Under the pieces are notes generated by a model that saw only the letters and a list, made by a program, of their open reading frames with translations, was not told where the DNA came from and did no database searches. Shown here piece after piece: positions 53,036-61,700 of a DNA stretch of 64,000 bases (position 1 is its first letter; the number at the start of each line of letters is the position of its first letter). The position numbers and the translations under genes were made by a program. This DNA comes from an uncultured Eubacteriales bacterium (lineage in GTDB: Bacteria; Bacillota; Clostridia; Oscillospirales; CAG-382), in NCBI GenBank assembly GCA_900546385.1, contig URCT01000001.1:27597-91596 (forward strand), read 5' to 3'.

Positions 53036-54796
53036 ATGGAAACAAAAAAGAAAAGCTGGACAGAGCTGCTTTTCGCGTATGCCAAAAACGAAAAGAAAAA
53101 AATGCTGTTGTCCGTCATCTTGTCGGTGCTCAGCGTTACGCTGGGGCTTGCGCCGTTCTACTGTATGTATCGGGCAATCTGCCTGTTTACGGCAGGAACG
53201 GCGACGATCGGTGCCGTCGTGCCGTGGTGCCTTTGGACGCTTGTGTTTTATGCCGCTAAAATATTAACTTTCAGTATATCCACCGGCATCTCTCACAGCA
53301 TGGCGTATTCCGTTTTGGAAAGCCTTCGGCTGCGCCTTGCCGACCGGTTTCTGCACGCGCCGCTCGGCAATGTGCAGAATCATTCCATCGGTGAAATCAA
53401 AAGCATGATGGTGGATAAAATCGAAAACTTAGAACCGCCGCTTGCGCACATGATTCCCGAAGGTGCCGGGCATATCGTTCTGCCGATCGTAAGCCTTATT
53501 GCGCTCGGCTTTATCGATTGGCGTATCATGCTCGCTTCTCTTGTAACCTTTCCGCTCTCGATTTTCTGCATGGGGCTGACCTTCAAGATCAGCGGCAAAA
53601 ACTTTGACAAATACGACAAGGCGGCTGCTTATATGAACAGCACCATCGTCGAATACATCGAGGGCATCGAGGTTATCAAAGCGTTCGGCAGAGCCGGTGT
53701 TTCCTATGAAAAATATGCGGCTGCCATCACCGATTTCCGCACCTTTGTGGTCAAGTGGTTGGCCTCCACCTTTGCGACCATGAAGCTCAGCTTTGCGCTG
53801 TTTCCGTCCACGCTCATCGGTACGCTTCCGACCGCGCTTGCCTTGGCGAACGGCGGTTCAATCACACCGGCACAGGCGGCACTTGCTGTGATGCTCTCCA
53901 TTTCCATGGTCGGTTCGCTTGCCAAATTGGAAGTGTTTTCGGAAAATATGCGTCAAGTCAAATTTACGGTTGAAAACTTGGAGGAATTCCTCGAAATGCC
54001 GGCACTTCCCGAACCGGCCGCAAGAGCTGCCATCCGGAAAACCGATGTTTGCTTAAAGGACGTTCATTTCTCTTATACCGGCGACACCAAAGACGAGGTT
54101 CTGCACGGCATCGATTTACAGCTTCCGCAAGGCAGCTTCACCGCGCTTGTCGGCCCGTCCGGCGGCGGAAAATCCACGGTTGCAAAGCTAATTGCACGGT
54201 TTTGGGATGTCACCTCCGGCGAGATTACCGTCGGCGGCCATAACTTAAAGGAATTCACCTGCGACAGTCTGCTTTCCAACATATCGATGGTGTTTCAGAA
54301 CGTCTATCTCTTCAACGACACCATCCGTGCCAATATCTGCTTCGGAAAGCCGGACGCCACCGAAGAAGAAATGATCGAAGCCGCCAAAAAGGCGCGCTGC
54401 CACGATTTCATCATGGATCTTCCGAACGGCTACGATACGGTTGTCGGCGAGGGCGGCGGCACGCTTTCGGGCGGTGAAAAGCAGCGCATTTCGATTGCCC
54501 GTGCGATTTTGAAAAATGCGCCGATCATCATTCTCGATGAAGCGACCGCAAGCATCGATCCCGAAAACGAGCATTTCATTCAACAGGCCATTTCCGAATT
54601 GACGCGCGGCAAAACCATTATCACCATCGCACACCGCTTGGCGACGGTGCAGAATGCCGATCAGATTTTGGTCGTGGAGGACGGAAGAATCGCCGAATGC
54701 GGCACGCATGAAGAACTAATCCGCAAAGAAGGTCTTTACAAGAAATTCACCGAGATTCGTGAACAGGCGGAAGGCTGGCGGATCGAGACAAGATAA
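53036..54796 (+). CDS. ABC exporter, fused permease/ATPase (multidrug/lipid type).
   Basis: ORF track, 586 aa. A 6-TM domain is followed by GPSGGGKST, LSGGEKQRISIARAI and IIILDEATASID. Confidence 0.9.
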   Translation: METKKKSWTELLFAYAKNEKKKMLLSVILSVLSVTLGLAPFYCMYRAICLFTAGTATIGAVVPWCLWTLVFYAAKILTFSISTGISHSMAYSVLESLRLRLADRFLHAPLGNVQNHSIGEIKSMMVDKIENLEPPLAHMIPEGAGHIVLPIVSLIALGFIDWRIMLASLVTFPLSIFCMGLTFKISGKNFDKYDKAAAYMNSTIVEYIEGIEVIKAFGRAGVSYEKYAAAITDFRTFVVKWLASTFATMKLSFALFPSTLIGTLPTALALANGGSITPAQAALAVMLSISMVGSLAKLEVFSENMRQVKFTVENLEEFLEMPALPEPAARAAIRKTDVCLKDVHFSYTGDTKDEVLHGIDLQLPQGSFTALVGPSGGGKSTVAKLIARFWDVTSGEITVGGHNLKEFTCDSLLSNISMVFQNVYLFNDTIRANICFGKPDATEEEMIEAAKKARCHDFIMDLPNGYDTVVGEGGGTLSGGEKQRISIARAILKNAPIIILDEATASIDPENEHFIQQAISELTRGKTIITIAHRLATVQNADQILVVEDGRIAECGTHEELIRKEGLYKKFTEIREQAEGWRIETR

Positions 54797-54822
54797 AATA
54801 CGGAAAAAAGGAGAAACCGGCC

Positions 54823-55665
54823 ATGAAACATAAAATTGAGAAGGATAGCGTACAGGAAACGCTGATTATTCCGTTATATGCGCGCAAAATGTGTTCGGAG
54901 CTGTTTCCGCGGCTGTATCGGGATGACACGGCGGCAAAGCTGCTTGCCGATATCGATTACGATTTTTCGGAGGTTGCTGCGAAATCCGCCGGGGTCATGC
55001 AGCGTTTCGGCTTTTTGGAGGTCGCTATGCGGCAAAACGATTTGGCGTGGGAAATCCGGGATTACTTAAGCACGCATCCGAAGGCGGCGGTGGTCAATCT
55101 CGGCTGTGGCCTTGACAATACCGGCAGAACCTGCGATAACAGACAGTGCAGAATTTACAATCTGGATTTTCCGGACGTGATTGCCGCGCGCAACGAGCTG
55201 CTGCCGGCCGGAGACCGAGAGTGGAATGTGCCGTGCGATTTGAATAAAACGGAATGGTTCGGGAAAATCGATGCATCGGACGGAGTCGTGTTTTTTGCTT
55301 CGGGCGTATTCTACTATTTCCTTTCCGAGCAGGTCAAAACGCTCGTTTGTGCGATGGCGGATGCCTTTCCGGGCGGCAGACTTGTGTTTGACGCGGCCGG
55401 GAAAAGCGCGGTTAAGTTAATCGCGAAAACATGGTTGAAATCCGCAAAAATTCATGACGTTGGAGCCTATTTTTCGGTTTCCGACGCGCAAAAAGAGCTT
55501 TCGCCGTGGAAGAAAGGGGTATGCGTTTCGAGCCGTGGTTATATGCTCGGCTATCAGGATTTGAAAGATCCGTCCGTCAGCGGCTTCTTCCGCTTATTGG
55601 CGAAGTTCGGCGACAAGGTCATGAAGATGCAGATTGTGCGTTTGGATTTCGAAAAAACAGAATAA
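54823..55665 (+). CDS. Class I SAM-dependent methyltransferase (leucine carboxyl / TcmP-like O-methyltransferase family).
   Basis: ORF track, 280 aa. SAM motif I VVNLGCGLD. The upstream DSVQETLIIPLYARK segment is typical of this family. It starts 26 nt after the ABC stop, with RBS AAGGAGA. Confidence 0.7.
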   Translation: MKHKIEKDSVQETLIIPLYARKMCSELFPRLYRDDTAAKLLADIDYDFSEVAAKSAGVMQRFGFLEVAMRQNDLAWEIRDYLSTHPKAAVVNLGCGLDNTGRTCDNRQCRIYNLDFPDVIAARNELLPAGDREWNVPCDLNKTEWFGKIDASDGVVFFASGVFYYFLSEQVKTLVCAMADAFPGGRLVFDAAGKSAVKLIAKTWLKSAKIHDVGAYFSVSDAQKELSPWKKGVCVSSRGYMLGYQDLKDPSVSGFFRLLAKFGDKVMKMQIVRLDFEKTE

Positions 55666-55683
55666 AAAGGCCGCTTAGCGCAA

Positions 55684-55717
55684 AGAAACCTCCTTCCGAA
55701 CCCGGAAGGAGGTTTCT
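55684..55717. terminator. Bidirectional terminator between the methyltransferase and giant surface protein genes.
   Basis: AGAAACCTCCTTCC-gaaccc-GGAAGGAGGTTTCT followed by TTTAG, with CAA/A-rich sequence upstream. Confidence 0.8.
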
Positions 55718-55722
55718 TTTAG

Positions 55723-58700
55723 TTACTTGGTGATAACAACCTTTTGTTCTTCTTCGATCCATTCGACGCTTGCGCCAAGCTCTTCGGAGATGAAGCGGAT
55801 CGGCGTGTAGGTGCGGTCATTCTCAACGAATGCGGGCGAATCGAGCTTGAATCTCTTGCCGTCTACATAGGCAATGTCCGAACCGATGTAGATAAGGATC
55901 GTAACATCTTTGTTCGTTTTGGAGTTCTTGCCCTTGATGGTGACAAGCTCTTGCTCCTCATTCCACGAAACGTCGGCACCGAGGTTTTCCGCAACGAATC
56001 TTGCCGGAAGCATGGTGCGGTCGTTCACGATCTTCGGAGCAACATCGTTTGTCTTGATCTTTCCGAAGACAAGTGCTTCTTTTTCACCGATGGTAAGGAT
56101 GATCTGATTTTCGGTGTTATCCTTTTTCGTTTCCGTCCAAGCGGCATACAGCGTTAAGTTTGCCTGGACTTTTGCGGAAAAGTCATACTTCGTTTGCAGC
56201 TCCTTGTCGGCATACCAACCGGCGAACGTAAAGCCGTCTTTGGTGGGAGAGGTCGGCTCTTGGAGAACGGAGCCTTTTGCGACGGTTTGATCGGCAAGCT
56301 TGCTTGCACCGTTTGTTTCAAACGTAATCGTGCAGGTCGTGACAGTCGAGCCGCCGCTTGAGCCGCTTCCGCTGCCGCCGCTGCCGCTTGTACGGATCGG
56401 CGTGATGACAAAGGTATCGGTGGTCATTTGATGCGTTGCGTCGGCGGCCGCACCGTGAAGCACAACCTTGACGGTGTATTTCTTGCCAACCTCAAAGCTG
56501 CCTTTTAACGAATAGGTCTCATTGCCGTCTAAGGCGGCAACACTTGTGATGGCAACGGGATTGCCGTTTTCGTCTGTGACGGCGAAGTTTGCGGCCGTAA
56601 GGTTTTCTAACGGCTTGTCAAACACCGCGCTGAGATAGTTTCTTCTGGCGGAGCCGGCTCGGACGCTGACAAGAATCTTGGTAATCGTAACATTGCCGGG
56701 AACGTAGGTAATCGCGTAGTTGTCGGACGTGAGTCCCGACGCGGTCGTTACGCCATAATGCGTGCGGACCTCGGCCGTTTCGTTGATGCTTTCATGGTAA
56801 GCAAGCACCAGCGCGCCGCCAAGCACGGTTTCATCCTCGCCTTCGATAAAGCCATCATAGGAAACCGAAAGCTCCGGATTGGGATCGCCGTAAACGCGGC
56901 TGACATCGTTTACCGTGACGGTCAGTTTTTTCGGAACGACTGTGAGGATGCCTGTGCCGGAAACCGAAAGAAGGAGGTTCTTGGTTTGGTTTTCGGTGAG
57001 AACGGCGGTGATTTCATAGCCGCCGGGAAGGACATCTGCGTCTTCTTTCGTGCCGTCGCTTGTAAACCGGGTGGAACGTGTGAAATCTGCAAGCTGTTCT
57101 TCGGTAATGAGCTCACTGTCGCTTTCCAATGCAAAGACAGGCTTATCGCCGTAAACCTTGGAAATGCTCTTGGGTCTTACCGTGATATGCGCTTGGTGGA
57201 TTTCGAAGGTGCCTGTGCCGTTTACGATGTAGTTGCCGCCGTCGGCGTTGGTGATGAGTACCGTTGCCGTACCGGCGTTGGTGTTGTCCTTAAAGGCGGT
57301 CGTATACTCGGTGTCGGAAATGACATCCTCGCCGTCTTTGACGGTAATGACGGAGGGTTCAATGGCTTTGCCGTTATAGATGTGCGTTCCGTCTACCGTA
57401 ACGCTTGCGGTGACCGCTTTCTTGGCAATCGTGAAGTCGATGTCGCGCGTACCCTTGAAGTTGCCCGTACCGGCGACGGTGAGCGTGTAGGTGCCGGCAT
57501 TTGTTTTGCGGTTGTCGGTGACAGTAAAGGTTGCATTCAGCCGGTCGCCGCATACAACAGAGGATACGGTCTGCGTTTGTTCTTTGCGGTTATAGGTGAG
57601 GGATGAGCCGAGCGTGATCTTTGCGTCGGCGATATCTCTTCTTTCGACGGTCACCGTGACACTGCTTTCGGCGGTATTGTTGTGGTTGCTGTCGCCGATG
57701 ACTCTGTACCAAACGGTATATTCCGCGGCATTTTCCGCTGTGGGAACAGCCGTCGTCCAATTGCCGTCTCCGAGCTTATACTCGAATGAGCCGCCTGCCG
57801 CAGAGCCTGCCGTGACAAGGGCGTGCGAACTGCCGTCATAAATGAAGGGACTTGCGCCGGGCGCGGTTTCGATGACGGCATTTGCCTTTCCGATATGGAA
57901 GGGAACCTCCTGCTTATCAAAGCCGTAGTTGCCCTTGGCTGTTACCGTGACTTTTGCGCCGTCCTCGGCGTAGGTGTTGTTTTCGTAGGCGACTTCAAAG
58001 TCTCTTCCTTCGACGAGCGTTTTGTCCTCCACCGTGACGGTCACGGTCGGTTTCTTTTCGTTGCCGTCGTAGATGTAGTCGGTTTCCGAAAGCACAATCG
58101 TCGGCTTGAGGGTGCAGGGCGTGATCGTGTAAATAAGCTCTTTCGTACCGCCGAAGTTGCCGAGGCCGGTGACGGTTATTTTCTTTTCACCGACGTTTGT
58201 CGTATCCGCAGGGTAGGTCAGCGTATAGTCCCTTTCCTTGAGAAGCTCGAATGCCTCTTTGCTTTCGTCGTATTTGTATTCACCGTAAATATACGGAATT
58301 GTCGATTTTCCGGTGTACACAAAGGAATCTCCGGATGGGAAAGCAATGGCATTGTCGCCGATGTCTCTCGGCTTGACGGTTACATGGACGGTTTCTTCGC
58401 CGCCGTAGTAGTAGTCCGGATATGCCGGCTCAAACACAACGGTGTAATCGCTGCTTTCTGCCACAGTGGTCGGGGCTTTGCCCTTAAACTTCCAAGAGCC
58501 GCTAATTTCGTGTCCGCTCACCGTTGCCGTACCGCTAATACTGTCCGCCGGAACGGCTTTGTTGTTGTAGGTGACCTCGATAGGATCGACGGAAAGCAGG
58601 GGTCTGTCTTTGTCGGCAATCATAATCGTGAAGGGAAGCTCATCGGTGCAATAGTTGTGATCTTTGGTATAGATTCTTACTTTGATCGTGTAGGTCTTGT

Positions 58701-61700
58701 TCGCGTCATCGGCACTTAGATTGTCGGCGATTGCAAAGGTAATACCGCTAGTATCACGGCTTATCGTGCGAATGATCCGGCTGTCTCCTGCGCTGACCAT
58801 ATCCGAGTGAATTTCATAGTCCCTGCGGTCCACATCGCCAAAGGAGCTTACGGTAACGGTTTTTGCGTGCGTATCGATGTAGCGAACCTTGTACGTATAG
58901 CCGTGGAAGTCGACGTTCTCGATGCGTGCGGGCGTTATGCAGCCGTAGGCTTCGTTTCCTTCTTCTGCCAATTCGTAATTGTTTGCGGCTTTTGTGTCAC
59001 GAAGCGTAACAACTGCCGTTGCAGAGACCGGTATCGTACCGAGGTTTTGACCGACATTTTGGCTGTCGTAGGTAATGCTGTCGATGGTGTAATCCTGTTC
59101 GGCGAGGTCGACCTTGACCGTTTTACTGTCTTCATCCAAGAATGTGATGCTTTCGATGTTCTTGGGATCGCCGTTCGTAGTGCCGTCGTAGACCTTGGGA
59201 AGGCAGACGATCTTATAGACAAGCTTGTATTTGGCAATGCGGCAACGGAGTGTACCATAAGCCGAATCAAGGTGATTTTCATCGCCGAACACCTTGTAGT
59301 ACACGACAAATTCACCGGCATCGCGGCTTGTGAGCGGTGTGTCTGACCAAACGGCAGCGGCACTTTCGGGATTGTCGGTGGTGTACTTCATGGTGCCGAC
59401 CGTTCCGATGACGCGTCCGCTTGTGTGAAGCGTCTGCGGCGTGTTGTCCGTTACCTTGTATACAAGGTTGGACACAGCCGTCGGCACTTCATAGTCAACC
59501 CCTTCGACAAGAGGTGCTTTGTTGACCTTGATGGTCGCTTTTCCGGTAACAGGTGCATACAAATAGGCATTGTCGCCGGTCGGCGTGAAGAGCCATGCGG
59601 CTTCATAATCGCCTGCACCGGAGGGGCCTTCGTTCGGTTTTTCCCATTCAAACGTGCCTTCGACTTCGGTTTTGTTTACATCGTCATTCAGCTTGCCCGA
59701 AAGCTGAATTTTGCTTATTTTATCGCCGTATGTAATTGTACCGTTGTCACTAAGCTTCGGATTTCCGGTCGGCACGATCTGATTTCTTGCATAGACCATG
59801 ACGGTTACTGTGAAATCCGCATAGTTCTGTGCGTGTACCGTGACCGTGATCCGAGCGACTTCCGCGTCGGCAAGCGCGAGAACCTTTTTGACGGGAATCG
59901 ACAGAACGCCGTTTTCGTCAATGCTCACCGAGCCTTCATCCAGATATCCGCCGTCCATGATGTAGGTGTTTGTCACGGTATAGCTCTTTGTGCCGTAAGA
60001 CAATCCGGTCGGCAGCTGTTTCAAAAGCGCGGAAACATCATAAGTATAGGTGTGTGCCGCACCGTTCCGGACGGTAGCGCCGCCCTCGCCGGGTTCATAG
60101 CCTGTCGGCAGGTCAGCTTGCTCGATATACATACCTGTGTCAACGGTTGTGTATGTCGTGTCGTTACTGTCGTTATCCTTGAAGGTATAGTTGCTGTTCC
60201 CCAGCTCAACCGTGAAGGACACATCCGCGTATTCTCCGGCATCAGGCTTTGAGAAGTTTGCATTCAGATTGCGAATCTTGTAATCCTCGTTGTATTTCAG
60301 TACGATACCGCCTGCCGGGCAGTTGTCATAAAAGAAATGCGGCGGCGAATCATTCTTTCCGATATTGTCGACTGTAATCTCCCTTGTACCGTCATATTTT
60401 TTGATATAGGTACATACTCCAACTTCCGTCAGCACACGCGGGTGAATTGTCCAGTTTACGCTCACAGAACCGATATAGTCGCTGTCTTCTTTCGCAGTGA
60501 TTGTCATTGTATAGGTTCTTGCGTCAGTACCTGTCGTTTCGCCGTTAATGGTATATGCGTCTGCCGGCACAACGTGTCCGAAAAGCTTTACAGAATCTAT
60601 TTCCGGCTGGAATTCTTCGGCATCGCCATTCGATAGGGGCGTATAGGTGAATTCAGACTGCTTCAAAGTGATCGTTGCATCTTGAAGGAATGCACCGACA
60701 TTCAGCGTGTATGTCTTGCTTCTTCGCGTGTAGCCTTGCTTGCTCACCTCTGCCCAGACCGTATAAGTTCCGCTTTGCGAAATATCAAACGTTCTTTCGG
60801 GGCACGTATATATATCGCTCTCGCCCTCAGCCGACACCGGGGTCAGTGCGGTATCACCCTCCTTTTGAATGAATAAGACGCCGCTTCCGTTCCAGCCATT
60901 GTCTACCCAAGACTCAAAGCTGAAAACAAACGGTTTATAAACACTGATACTGCTTTGCGTTGCAATCTTTTGGCCATCGATCATCAATATCGGGTCTTTC
61001 GTTACCGGAAGCGGCTGCACTTTGACATTGTTTACCGTGTTTCCGTCTCCGAGAAACTCTTCTAACATACCGGCGTCATACCATTTGTACCCGGACTGGT
61101 CGGAATTGTATACCTGATAGCCGTACATCTCAGCATCAGCATTTGGCAGAATACTGCTCCAGGTTGCTCCGTCCTTAACAGTTATTGCGCTTATTGTAAA
61201 TAGCTGATTGCCGGCGTTAAACCTTGCCGTTTTTCCGCTGAAGATGACGCTGTTTACGGTGCCTTTGTCGTTAAACGCCATATTGGATTCGCCGGAAACG
61301 GTAATCTCATTCACTGTTTTTCCGTTCAGTTTAATTGTTGTTCCGTGGCCTTTTGTGATGGTGTAACTGCCGACCGCATCAGCAAGAAGCGTAACCGTAT
61401 GCACACCACTGGCGGCCATTGAATCAACAGCATCCTGAAAGTCTGTATAGACGCGGCTTCCACCGTTTCTGACAGTGACTTGTGCCACAATCTGACCGTT
61501 GCAGTAGTCGCACATTCCGTCGCCGTCGCTGTCGTTATGCTCTGTGCATTTTACGACGGAAATGTTGAAGAATTCAAAGTCAGGGTATACAAGCTCATGA
61601 TTGTAGGACAAATAGCCGCTGCCGTCGGTATACTTAAATGCATATCCCGTTTTTAAGAAGTCGCCGAGTGTATAACCGGTTCCGTTTTGCAAAGAGACGC

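Noticed and set aside
55723-56160. C-terminal copper-amine-oxidase-like domains read as evidence of an amine oxidase enzyme.
   Set aside because: Only the non-catalytic N-terminal-type stalk domain is present, in two copies. In Clostridia surface proteins this acts as a wall-association or protein-interaction module, not a catalytic domain.
56758-60252. Three plus-strand ORFs of 275-298 aa inside the giant surface protein gene.
   Set aside because: They are shadow ORFs on the antisense strand of an 8.3-kb uninterrupted minus-strand frame. They have no start-site signals.
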